A DNA stretch of 29,620 nucleotides, taken from positions 1-29,620 of IMG/VR virus record IMGVR_UViG_3300044676_004539, one strand, 5' to 3'. The stretch's first letter is position 1, and every line of letters starts with the position of its first letter. A program made the translations under genes and the position numbers. The stretch is from a virus (Duplodnaviria > Caudoviricetes). Of the stretch, positions 10,659-19,486 are shown piece after piece. The notes beneath the pieces were generated by a model. That model did not search any database. It had not been told where the DNA came from and saw only the letters and a program-made list of their open reading frames with translations.

Positions 10659-10831
10659 AGCGTTCTTCTAATAAAATTTGGGAAGCGGCCTTCTTGCTTA
10701 AATGTCATGTAGGCTGCATACCAATCTTTTTTATATTCTGACTGACAGAATTCTTTAATTGATTCTTCTTTTTCATCACTCTTAAAAAAGTTTAAGAAGT
10801 GATTCATTGCTCTATTAGTTAAGTTAAACAT
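10655..10831 (-). CDS. 58-aa protein MFNLTNRAMNHFLNFFKSDEKEESIKEFCQSEYKKDWYAAYMTFKQEGRFPNFIRRTL (not in ORF track)
   Basis: Hand translation; strong AAGGAG SD; stop overlaps the convergent endolysin stop. Confidence 0.75.
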   Translation of the reverse strand: MFNLTNRAMNHFLNFFKSDEKEESIKEFCQSEYKKDWYAAYMTFKQEGRFPNFIRRTL

Positions 10832-10866
10832 GTATATCTCCTTGTTATTTCGAGGAGAATATAATG

Positions 10867-11100
10867 CTATTTTTTCTTTTTACTTGTGCTCTTTTGAAAT
10901 ACCTGATGTTCTCTAATCGCTTGAAATACTTCTACCTTAGACCAATGCGCCATGTAAGCTTTTTGAATATCATCTTTAAACACATATAGTTGATCAATAG
11001 GTAACTCAACAGGCATTGAAATGTCTTCACTAGCTCTTTGAATTTCTTCTTTTGTTAGGTGTAAATATAACCTACCATCTTGATAAGTTATCCTACTCAC
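10867..11100 (-). CDS. Hypothetical protein
   Basis: 77 aa, GTG start overlapping the upstream stop. Confidence 0.6.
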   Translation of the reverse strand: MSRITYQDGRLYLHLTKEEIQRASEDISMPVELPIDQLYVFKDDIQKAYMAHWSKVEVFQAIREHQVFQKSTSKKKK

Positions 11101-11321
11101 TAAGCTACTCCGTCAACTGATAAAATCTTTTCTAGTTTAGTAAGATACCATTGAGCTTTTCTAATATCTTCTAGTCCATTCTTTTCTCGATGTCTTGCAA
11201 GATACTTCCAGATTTGCCCTTTCAAGTATCCAATAAATTCATCTTTGGTTAGTTGAGATTCTATCGCATCAATAGTTTCGATCGTTTTATCTTTGTAGTA
11301 GTTCGGGTTTATCTTATCCAT
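11100..11321 (-). CDS. DUF3310 family protein (related to T7 gp1.7 nucleotide kinase)
   Basis: INPNYY...IETIDAI...GYLKGQIWKYLAR..KNGLEDIRKAQWYL signature. Confidence 0.85.
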   Translation of the reverse strand: MDKINPNYYKDKTIETIDAIESQLTKDEFIGYLKGQIWKYLARHREKNGLEDIRKAQWYLTKLEKILSVDGVA

Positions 11322-13201
11322 TATTTTATTTCTCCCCAGTTATCTCCAATCTCTGCATCACATTTGACAGGAACGTGTAGTTCAACAGCAGATTCCATTA
11401 TCTCTTTAATCTCTTTTACCTGGGTCTCATTGGCTACGGAGACGTTGAGTTCGTCATGTATTTGAATCATAGGAATAACCCCTACATCCTTCCACAGATT
11501 CACCATGGCTTTTTTGGTTTGATCTGCTGCTGAACCTTGTATTAACCTATTCAATGCACGATAGGTACCTGCTCTTTTTATTTCATTCCAACCCCAAGTT
11601 TTCTTGGCATTCTCATAAGACATCATTCTTTTGTCACTGAAGTCTTTGCTTTCGTATAATTCAAAACGACAACGTCGTCCGAGCAGTGTAGTGATATACC
11701 CGTTGTTTTCGGTATATCTTGTAGCTTTAATAATAATATTGTTGAGGAAGTGAACATTGTCATTGTATTTTTGTTTCAATGCTTTGGCTTGATCGGGGCT
11801 GATATCTAGTGAAGCTGCTAGTTTAGCAATACCCATGCCATACATCAAACCCAGTCCAATTGTTTTAGCTTCTTTCCTTGATATTTGTGCCATATCAGCA
11901 GTTACTTGATGGAAGTCCTTACCCTCATGGAAGAACTTAATTAGGGTGTCAGCGCCCTCTAAACCGTGTTTTTTGGCATAATGTACGAGGAGTCTAGGCT
12001 CTTGCTGAGAATAATCCAGTGATGCCCATTTGTGTCCTTCTTCTGGTAGGAATAAAGATCTAATCTTAGGACCAATTGCTTCGTTTCTAGCAGGCACCTG
12101 TTGTAGGTTGGGATTGTTCATGGACAACCGCCCACTGACCGTGCCTCCATATTCTCCTTTTAACTGATTAATCTCTGCATGAATACGACCATCGACTTGA
12201 TGTTTGAGGATCGAATCAATAAAGGTAGTGTGCGCTTTATTATATTCCCTGGCTACCGATAAAGAATTAATCAAAGGATTTTTACTTTCCCTCATCGCTT
12301 CATTACTAATCTTAGCTTGATTGTTTATTTGAGTTCTTTCGTACTTCTCTCCTAGTTGATCAAATACTTTTTGAAGTGAAGCTGCTGTATAGATATCGGA
12401 TTCATCAATTTTAATCCCTGTTTCTTTTTTAATGTTTTGATAAATCTTTTCTTCTTCTGCTTTGAAAAACTTCTTTGTCTTTTCTGCTTTGTCTAAATCA
12501 ACACGCACACCTTTCCAACGCATCTCAATCAACAAGCGAAGTAAATCTGTTTCTAAATTAAAGACATCAGTGAGTCCTTGTTTTTGTATCTCTACTCGTA
12601 GGAATTCCCAAAGTTTTAACGTTAACCTGGTATCTTGTTCTGCATAAATACCGGCATACTCCACAGGAACTAAATGCATATTCTCAATAGCTTTGAAACC
12701 ATGCTCTTTACCAAAGTCTTCTAAAAGGTTTCCTTGTTTTCTCTCGTTCAAGTAATCTTTTGCTAGGTTGTTTAAGCTATAACTAAATCTGTTCTCATCA
12801 ACTAACGGAGCTGCTAATAGTGTGTCATAAATTTTTGATACATTACATTCGACACCCCAACGTCGAAGCCAACCAATATCATAAGAGGCATTATGACAGA
12901 TCACAATGGGATCATGTTTAAATAATTTACGAAGCCACTTCTTGACTTCTTCTTCTGGAAAATTTCCCCCTCGCTCATGACGCACGGGAAAGTATCCATC
13001 AAACCCTTCAATAGAAATAGCAACACCGACTACAAATCCTTTGCCCGTGGCCCACCCGCCACCGAGTTTTTTAATCTCTGGATCATAAGTTTCTAAATCA
13101 ATGGCAACTTGTTTGATTTGTTTTTCATCTGGAAACTTTGGTCTTACCCATTCTGGTTTGTTTTCTTTTTTTAACAAATCCATTTGTTGTTCAAATATCA
13201 T
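11321..13201 (-). CDS. polA: DNA polymerase family A with 3'-5' exonuclease domain
   Basis: ExoI DLET, ExoII HNASYD, ExoIII YAEQD; motif A DYSQQEPR, motif B KTIGLGLMYG, motif C IHDEL. Confidence 0.95.
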   Translation of the reverse strand: MIFEQQMDLLKKENKPEWVRPKFPDEKQIKQVAIDLETYDPEIKKLGGGWATGKGFVVGVAISIEGFDGYFPVRHERGGNFPEEEVKKWLRKLFKHDPIVICHNASYDIGWLRRWGVECNVSKIYDTLLAAPLVDENRFSYSLNNLAKDYLNERKQGNLLEDFGKEHGFKAIENMHLVPVEYAGIYAEQDTRLTLKLWEFLRVEIQKQGLTDVFNLETDLLRLLIEMRWKGVRVDLDKAEKTKKFFKAEEEKIYQNIKKETGIKIDESDIYTAASLQKVFDQLGEKYERTQINNQAKISNEAMRESKNPLINSLSVAREYNKAHTTFIDSILKHQVDGRIHAEINQLKGEYGGTVSGRLSMNNPNLQQVPARNEAIGPKIRSLFLPEEGHKWASLDYSQQEPRLLVHYAKKHGLEGADTLIKFFHEGKDFHQVTADMAQISRKEAKTIGLGLMYGMGIAKLAASLDISPDQAKALKQKYNDNVHFLNNIIIKATRYTENNGYITTLLGRRCRFELYESKDFSDKRMMSYENAKKTWGWNEIKRAGTYRALNRLIQGSAADQTKKAMVNLWKDVGVIPMIQIHDELNVSVANETQVKEIKEIMESAVELHVPVKCDAEIGDNWGEIK

Positions 13202-14712
13202 CTTAGTATCTCCTCAAATTCGTATTGTGAAGTTGATGGAATAATGAATAAGTTTTCTTTTGCTCTGGTCATTCCCACATAAAAGACTCTTCTTTCATCG
13301 TCTCTATTTACAGCCATGTCATCAACTATTCTCTTGGAGATGTCAGTAAACAAAACAACGTTCTGACTTTCCCCTCCCTTTGCACCATGAATGGTAGATA
13401 ATCTTAGATTAGATTTCTTACCTAGGTCATAGCCCCTTCTGATTATTTGCCTCATGTAAACAAGTTCTTGATCACCGATACCATTGAGAGCGATATCCCA
13501 AGGAGTTTCAATGTTTACATTGAGTCCCCATTCTTGAGATAATTCTTGATAAGAATATTTCTTTTCCTCATCAGCACCTTTCATCTTCTTGAATCCACGA
13601 GCAATACCATACTCACCAGACTTGATGTATTGATACATAACCTTAACATCTGGTAGAGAAACTTCTGTGTTATGTTGAAGAGCCTTCCAACAATTAAAAG
13701 CAGTGAGCACTTCATCTTTGATTGATAGTTTATTATTCTTCTCAAACAAATATCCTTTGCTTCTTAAATCATTAGCAATTTCATTTAAGTAATAATTAGT
13801 TCTGCACAAAACTAACCATTCATTTTCTCTAAAACTTAATCTTTCGTAATTAATATTTGATACTGTACCTAATGCTTCTCTTGAATTCCACTCTTTTGGT
13901 ATTCTATTTTTTACTTTACCAATTAATTGATTAGCCCTGGTAAAAACATTTTTAGGTATTCGATACGACTGATCTAAAACTCTTTCATGACATTGTAAAT
14001 TAATTAATTTAGAAACATCAGCGCCACTCCAGGAATAGATTGCTTGGTCATCATCACCACCAAGATAAACAACTCTTGCTTGATCCATCATAATTTTTAC
14101 CATGTCCCATTCCACAGGTTTCAAATCTTGAACTTCATCAACAATGAGAACTTCTAACTTAGGAGACATATTCTGTTTTTTAAATTCTAAAATTAAATCT
14201 GTGTAGTCAAAGACACCTCTTGATTTTTTAAAATGATAATAGTCGTGAGCCACTCTTTGTAGTCTTTCAAACCCACCTTGAATGTGCCCTGCTTTTCGAT
14301 ACTCCTCATGCAGTGTCGTATTCTTTACACGATATAAATCAATTAAATGAAAACCATCGGGATCTCTACTTCCTACATTATTATTAGAACGTAGAGCAGG
14401 AGATAGATCTACACCATACTCTTGTCTAAACTCTTCAAAATCTTGGTCTTGAATCATGTCTGTATGAGTGCAACCCAAGAATTGATAAGCACAAGAATGT
14501 AATGTTCTAAACCATTTGAATTCTTTTCGATCAATTTTAAATTTATTGACCGCTCTAAAAACCGCTTCGTTAGCAGCTTTTTTCGTAAAAGAAAAGTATC
14601 CGATTCTATCGGGCTCTAATTCTTGTTGTAAGTTTTCCTCTACATATTTTAAAAGTGTAGTGGTTTTACCAGTGCCTGGAGGTCCAATAATCTTGTAGAC
14701 GTGATCTAGAAT
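13198..14712 (-). CDS. SF1 (UvrD/Rep-like) DNA helicase, 504 aa, probable ATT start
   Basis: The frame is open upstream of the ORF-track start (14478) and there contains motif I GPPGTGKT, Ia FSFTKKAANEA and Ib FRTLHS. Downstream motifs: VDEVQD, GDDDQAIY, QSYR, STIHGAKGGE, YVGMTRAKE. Confidence 0.9.
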   Translation of the reverse strand: MLDHVYKIIGPPGTGKTTTLLKYVEENLQQELEPDRIGYFSFTKKAANEAVFRAVNKFKIDRKEFKWFRTLHSCAYQFLGCTHTDMIQDQDFEEFRQEYGVDLSPALRSNNNVGSRDPDGFHLIDLYRVKNTTLHEEYRKAGHIQGGFERLQRVAHDYYHFKKSRGVFDYTDLILEFKKQNMSPKLEVLIVDEVQDLKPVEWDMVKIMMDQARVVYLGGDDDQAIYSWSGADVSKLINLQCHERVLDQSYRIPKNVFTRANQLIGKVKNRIPKEWNSREALGTVSNINYERLSFRENEWLVLCRTNYYLNEIANDLRSKGYLFEKNNKLSIKDEVLTAFNCWKALQHNTEVSLPDVKVMYQYIKSGEYGIARGFKKMKGADEEKKYSYQELSQEWGLNVNIETPWDIALNGIGDQELVYMRQIIRRGYDLGKKSNLRLSTIHGAKGGESQNVVLFTDISKRIVDDMAVNRDDERRVFYVGMTRAKENLFIIPSTSQYEFEEILR

Positions 14713-16274
14713 GGTATCACCTCTTCTTCTTTCTGTTCAACAATCTCTTCTATTTTTTCAATCGAGTTGAACTTATCATTGTCCACGAACCAAACTAATT
14801 GACCAGGTTTGTTGTTGAGTTTTCTCTTTGTACAATCCCCACCTAAACCACGAATGAATACAGCTACTTGGTTAGTCGTCAGAGCTGCGTGCTTTCTGTT
14901 TCTCATATACTCTTGCAACTGATCAATACGAAAGAACACTTTGTTTTCTTCATCGTCCACGAAACACTGCCCATTGAGAATGTCATCAATGTCCATAGCA
15001 TTTGCTTGGTTAGAAATATATTTTGCTAAAACAATTTTGAATTGACCTTCTGGTGTCATCTCTTCATCAGTCTTAACTTCAATTGCCTTTGATACAAGAT
15101 TGACAACGAAAGCATCGAAGTCATTTCTCGACATCATCGGAGGCATTGATTTGGTTTTAACCAAACATTTTTTTCTAAACTTATGTTGATCGTATAACTC
15201 TTCAACGGTACACACAATTGTGCTCTCTTGATTTATAGTAATATGATAAATAGCATCATCATTATTTCCATACTGAGTGACGTTTCCTACATCAGTAATC
15301 ACACTATTCTCACCAATACCAAATTTTCTTAAACGACATTTGGATTTATTACAGAAAGAACACATCGGTTGATCTTTACATTTGTATCCCCAATCTTTCT
15401 TATCTGCTTGTTTAATAACCTTTTCAATTTCTCTTGGTCGAAGTGCTTCTTCAAAATATTCATGATGAAATTTATGCACTTCATCCTCAAAAGACTCTCC
15501 ATATTTCTTCTTCGCATACACTGCATATTGAAATAAGAAGTTGTCTCTACTACCTTTTTGTACCTTACCGTTTTCTGTTAGGTAGGCTTCAATACAATAA
15601 GGTGCATCCGCAAACTCTGATTTTTGTTTATCTTTCTTTAAAGATAATTTTTTTAAGTCATCCAGGGATAATGATTTCTTTTCTACTTCTGCAATGAAAT
15701 CTTCAAGACCTAGAATATTTCCTTCATCACTGAAAGCATATCGATCTGTATGCTCTAGTCCATTATGATAAGGCATGTTAAGAAAACTACCGACTTCCCA
15801 ATCAGCTTCGTTTCCTTCTCGTAATAATTTTTCTTGTTTAGGAAATACCTCACAGTGTCCAAGCCCCATAAAAGAAGCAAGTTCTCTTATCTTATGATGA
15901 ACAATACCTGCTGGCACATACTCTTTAAAAAACAAAAAGATGTGAGCACCACCACTTTTAGATTTAGTTACAACGAACGGCAGCTTTCTTTCTGCCAACT
16001 TGCGAGCTATCTCTACGTGATCGAGTGGATATTCATCGACATCAATACATCCCCATTTACATTTGTCTTCATCGTTAATAGGAAAGATGCCAATACTTGG
16101 CCAAGATCCTTTTAAATGGTTTTCCCAAAGAGAGTCCTCAACTGGTAGCTTTCTAATGAAAGTCTGACCTTCAGTTTTGTTATCCTCTCGAAGACTCTCT
16201 TTAGGGATGAACGCACCATAGGCACGCTCTAAACCAAAAAAGATCTCTTTGAATTGTGAGACCCTTTTATCCAT
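14706..16274 (-). CDS. Archaeo-eukaryotic (AEP) primase with PriCT-like/Cys-rich domain
   Basis: hhhDhD (WGCIDVD), SKSGGAHIF and LNMPY motifs, followed by a GSRDN helical domain with conserved Cys. Confidence 0.8.
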   Translation of the reverse strand: MDKRVSQFKEIFFGLERAYGAFIPKESLREDNKTEGQTFIRKLPVEDSLWENHLKGSWPSIGIFPINDEDKCKWGCIDVDEYPLDHVEIARKLAERKLPFVVTKSKSGGAHIFLFFKEYVPAGIVHHKIRELASFMGLGHCEVFPKQEKLLREGNEADWEVGSFLNMPYHNGLEHTDRYAFSDEGNILGLEDFIAEVEKKSLSLDDLKKLSLKKDKQKSEFADAPYCIEAYLTENGKVQKGSRDNFLFQYAVYAKKKYGESFEDEVHKFHHEYFEEALRPREIEKVIKQADKKDWGYKCKDQPMCSFCNKSKCRLRKFGIGENSVITDVGNVTQYGNNDDAIYHITINQESTIVCTVEELYDQHKFRKKCLVKTKSMPPMMSRNDFDAFVVNLVSKAIEVKTDEEMTPEGQFKIVLAKYISNQANAMDIDDILNGQCFVDDEENKVFFRIDQLQEYMRNRKHAALTTNQVAVFIRGLGGDCTKRKLNNKPGQLVWFVDNDKFNSIEKIEEIVEQKEEEVIPF

Positions 16275-17066
16275 TTAGAAAGGAATGTCCCCAGATTGTT
16301 CTTGTGAACTTCCTTCCTCATCTTCATAGCCGGCAACGACTTTACCTTTTTGGATAGAGTCGTGGAACTCAGAAGCAAGGTTGAAGATTTCCTCTTCATT
16401 AAGGAACTCATCCTTCTCAATTTTCCAACCATACCAAGAACCTTTGTCGTTCTTATCTTTGAAAGAACTGACGTTGTAGATTCTGTACCAAGAAGGCGCT
16501 AAGAAAAGCTTTTTAGTTTTAGGGTTTTGAATGAACTCATTCTTTAAACTATAAGCCCAACTTCTAGCAACCTTTAGTCCTGACACTTTCATTGAAATGA
16601 TTGCAGGTTGAGGTGCTCCTTCGCCTATTACTAGGACAAAGAAGTTAGCTGTTTCTTCTAAGTAGTTTCCGCTTGGAAGACGAAACTTTCCGTCATCTCC
16701 ACGTACCGCATCTCTTGGTCTATTGTGTGGAAGATACTCATTCACAGGAGCATTACCTGTCCCTGTTCCTCTCTCTTTCCACTCATACCATTTTTTCTCA
16801 TAGCCACAGACTACAAGTTGAACACCATCTGATCCGTAGACAGAGTTACTCGCATTGTTATAAATCAATCCAGGTTTAGCACCTTTGACTTCATCTAATT
16901 CTTTATCAGAATTATTCTGTAAGACTTTGAGTCTCGCTGTTGGTAGGTCGTCTTGTGTGACTGACTCTAGACCTGTGCCAGCAAACTTCTCGAGATCCTC
17001 GAAGTTCATTGCTGGTAGTTTATCTGCCTTTGTGGTGACAGCACCATTTGCTTTTTCGTTTGTCAT
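16275..17066 (-). CDS. Single-stranded DNA-binding protein (putative)
   Basis: Acidic tail ending EDEEGSSQEQSGDIPF (SSB-like C-terminus), NDKGSWYGW motif, replication-module position. Confidence 0.7.
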   Translation of the reverse strand: MTNEKANGAVTTKADKLPAMNFEDLEKFAGTGLESVTQDDLPTARLKVLQNNSDKELDEVKGAKPGLIYNNASNSVYGSDGVQLVVCGYEKKWYEWKERGTGTGNAPVNEYLPHNRPRDAVRGDDGKFRLPSGNYLEETANFFVLVIGEGAPQPAIISMKVSGLKVARSWAYSLKNEFIQNPKTKKLFLAPSWYRIYNVSSFKDKNDKGSWYGWKIEKDEFLNEEEIFNLASEFHDSIQKGKVVAGYEDEEGSSQEQSGDIPF

Positions 17067-17084
17067 TTGTTTGTTTTTCCTTTG

Positions 17085-17648
17085 TTATTTTTTTCGTTCG
17101 ATCTTCACTTTTTTATAAGTGAACACTCCAAATCTTTCTTGATCAACAGATGTCATCGAACCTTTCGCCACCTGTTCCTCTACTAATTTGGAAAGTGTAT
17201 TCCACGGCACTGCTTTTTTATTACTCGGATACAATCCTTTGTCTTGTAACTCGTTAATTAAATTAGCAGCATCGGAATCTTGTCCACGGCCAAAGGTCAA
17301 CTTTACTTCGTTCTTAATCACATCATCAAGACCAAGTTCTTTTAGTCTAGAAAAACAATAGTCTTCGTTTTCCATGGTGATGTTTGCACGTAGTTGATCC
17401 TTGACGGAAACTTTTGAGCCATCAGTTAGTGTTAAAGACTTAACGCCAGCACCTTCAATCATTGAAGGGATTACTTCGTTCTCTAACTGAAACTCTCTAT
17501 CTTTGAGTTGTTTAATCTCTGCTTCTTTATCAGAGATTGTTTTACGAACATTATCTAATTCGTTACAAGCTTCTCCTAAATCAGAGACTTGTGAACTATC
17601 TAAAGTATTAAGCTTAGACTGCTCGTATGCTTTTTCTAATAGACCCAT
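17085..17648 (-). CDS. Phage replication-module protein (coiled-coil N-terminus)
   Basis: 187 aa with AAGGAG SD, directly upstream of SSB. Confidence 0.65.
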   Translation of the reverse strand: MGLLEKAYEQSKLNTLDSSQVSDLGEACNELDNVRKTISDKEAEIKQLKDREFQLENEVIPSMIEGAGVKSLTLTDGSKVSVKDQLRANITMENEDYCFSRLKELGLDDVIKNEVKLTFGRGQDSDAANLINELQDKGLYPSNKKAVPWNTLSKLVEEQVAKGSMTSVDQERFGVFTYKKVKIERKK

Positions 17649-17658
17649 TTTATTCTCC

Positions 17659-17982
17659 TTATTTTAATTCTATATTTATAGGAATATATATAGCACTTTC
17701 CCTATCCCATTTCAAGACCTTAAAATTATTATTTGTAATTTTTGCAGCTACGGCACAGATAATCCCAATTAATACGGGATCTCCCATCAATAACAAATAA
17801 TCATTAGGGGTAAAATCTTTCAGTTTTTTTTCAATTGAAAACACAAATCGTGAGGAATTTACCTGGATTTGTTTTGGATTTTCAAACATGATAATAGGCA
17901 TACCGAATCTTTCACAGTCGGAAATATCTCGATACCCACCATTAGGTAATTTAGTGTTAGTCGTTACGTATACTTTGCTCAT
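17659..17982 (-). CDS. Hypothetical phage protein
   Basis: 107 aa, DYLLLMGDP...LKWDR...Y pattern, overlaps the end of the MTase gene. Confidence 0.65.
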   Translation of the reverse strand: MSKVYVTTNTKLPNGGYRDISDCERFGMPIIMFENPKQIQVNSSRFVFSIEKKLKDFTPNDYLLLMGDPVLIGIICAVAAKITNNNFKVLKWDRESAIYIPINIELK

Positions 17983-18934
17983 TCTCTATCGTTTCTTTTA
18001 TAGCTAATCCTATCACATATGGTATTTGAGGTACAACAGAATTTCCTAAACATTTAAGTCTGTCCACCCTTTTGGGTATCCCATTAGCCACTCTACCCAC
18101 GTCGGGTTCAATGTCCCACCAGCGACCGCATTGAGAGGTTTCGTTTTCCTCTTCTGTTGTGAAGGACCGCCATTGTTCTTCGAGTCTTGAACTGTTGGAG
18201 TTGGTAGCATCGCAGTCATGGCAACCTTCTCTTCTAATTTGCCCCTCTGCTTTCCTCTTCTCTGAATGTTCTCGATATTCTCCGCCATCGCTGCTGATGC
18301 TCTCGCTGTCGGCCATAATCTCGGCTCCCTCACTTGATCGTGTAATCTGATTTGTATCGGTTGACCACTCGGACGTTTCAAATGACCAGAGTCCAATGCC
18401 CTCTGAATTCCTGGAAGATTGCTCCCTCCCGATACTGCGTCTGGAGTTCGCCACAATCCAGACTCTTTCTCTTTTGTGGTTGGCACCGACGCTAGAAGCT
18501 GAAATACTAAACGTCCTTGCGGAGTAGCCTTCACTCTCCAAGTTCTCGAGTACGGTGTCGAGACCGAGTTTAATGTGTCCACCAACGTTTTCTCCAATGA
18601 CCCAAGTAGGTCGGAGTTCTTTGATAAGTCTAAACATTTCTGGCCAGACATGTCTCGGATCTTGCTCACCTTTTTTGCGACCTGCGACGGAGAAAGGTTG
18701 GCAAGGATATCCTCCTGTGATGATGTCGATTTGATTAATTCCGTCTGCTTTAAGTTTGTCATAATTTAATTCCTTTACATCTCCATAGACTGGTACACCA
18801 GGAAAATTTTTATTTAAGACTTGCTGACAGTATTTATCAAAGTCACAAAACGCAACTGTTTCAACTAATCCAGCAGATTCTAATCCTAAACTAAATCCAC
18901 CAATACCACTAAATAAATCTAAGTGTTTTAACAT
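17957..18934 (-). CDS. DNA (cytosine-5)-methyltransferase, alpha chain
   Basis: Motif I DLFSGIGG, IV GGYPCQPFS, VI ENV, VIII HKRERVWIV, X LGNSVVPQI; motif IX is absent from this frame. Confidence 0.92.
   Translation of the reverse strand: MLKHLDLFSGIGGFSLGLESAGLVETVAFCDFDKYCQQVLNKNFPGVPVYGDVKELNYDKLKADGINQIDIITGGYPCQPFSVAGRKKGEQDPRHVWPEMFRLIKELRPTWVIGENVGGHIKLGLDTVLENLESEGYSARTFSISASSVGANHKRERVWIVANSRRSIGREQSSRNSEGIGLWSFETSEWSTDTNQITRSSEGAEIMADSESISSDGGEYREHSEKRKAEGQIRREGCHDCDATNSNSSRLEEQWRSFTTEEENETSQCGRWWDIEPDVGRVANGIPKRVDRLKCLGNSVVPQIPYVIGLAIKETIENEQSIRND
18046..18762 (-). CDS. Overprinted C5-MTase beta chain (TRD-like repeats plus motif IX)
   Basis: Nested 238-aa alternative-frame ORF ending LNPTWVEWLMGYPKGWTD (motif IX-like), with LWRTP/LWPTA/MLPTP repeats. 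Exact start uncertain. Confidence 0.75.
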   Translation of the reverse strand: MTNLKQTELIKSTSSQEDILANLSPSQVAKKVSKIRDMSGQKCLDLSKNSDLLGSLEKTLVDTLNSVSTPYSRTWRVKATPQGRLVFQLLASVPTTKEKESGLWRTPDAVSGGSNLPGIQRALDSGHLKRPSGQPIQIRLHDQVREPRLWPTARASAAMAENIENIQRRGKQRGKLEEKVAMTAMLPTPTVQDSKNNGGPSQQKRKTKPLNAVAGGTLNPTWVEWLMGYPKGWTDLNV

Positions 18935-18983
18935 TCTATAATTATCTATATAATAGATAGTTTATTTAGGATAGGATTGCAAG

Positions 18984-19187
18984 ATGAAATTTATATTAAT
19001 ACTTTTTGTTTGTATCAACGATCCACTGATACCGATCGATAGCACTTGTATCATGCAACCGTTAGATATGACATTTGATTCTATGGAAGAATGTCGATTG
19101 GGAGCACAATATATTTATAAAGATATAAATGATCCTAATGTTCACATGACTTCTTTCTGTGCACAAAAGAACTTGACATCTATATAA
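18984..19187 (+). CDS. Small four-Cys protein with hydrophobic N-terminus
   Basis: AGGA SD; MKFILILFVC start; Cys at 10, 22, 37 and 59. Confidence 0.65.
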   Translation: MKFILILFVCINDPLIPIDSTCIMQPLDMTFDSMEECRLGAQYIYKDINDPNVHMTSFCAQKNLTSI

Positions 19188-19200
19188 GTTATCCTATATA
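19172..19200 (+). promoter_or_regulatory. Sigma70-type promoter
   Basis: CTTGACA...CTATAT (TTGACA-N16-TATATA) upstream of the 19223 gene. Confidence 0.5.
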
Positions 19201-19222
19201 AAGAACGTAGAAAGTTTTTATT

Positions 19223-19486
19223 ATGTTAAGAATACCGACAAAGCCGTTTACGGATAATCAAATTGAATACTATAGTTACATTAATTATAACTATTATAAT
19301 GATCGTCTAATAGAAGAAGATCGCATACTAGACAGTATTGATTATCATCTTCCGACAAGAGAAGAATATTTTTATAGAAAAATAAAATACAGAGCACTGA
19401 TGAAGCCTTGGAAGTATTTAAAAGATTGGAGAAACTTAATGAGATTAAAATATTTAAAAGGAGGCGTTGATGTATCCGAACTTTAA
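19223..19486 (+). CDS. Hypothetical protein (Tyr-rich)
   Basis: 87 aa ORF downstream of a promoter, overlapping the SNF2 start. Confidence 0.5.
   Translation: MLRIPTKPFTDNQIEYYSYINYNYYNDRLIEEDRILDSIDYHLPTREEYFYRKIKYRALMKPWKYLKDWRNLMRLKYLKGGVDVSEL

Noticed and set aside
14516-14698. 60-aa + strand ORF
   Set aside because: Antisense shadow of the helicase N-terminus.
14706-14760. Programmed -1 frameshift fusing primase and helicase
   Set aside because: The only A-run slippery candidate lies upstream of the TGA that closes the helicase frame. An SD-supported ATT start is simpler, though a frameshift is not fully excluded.
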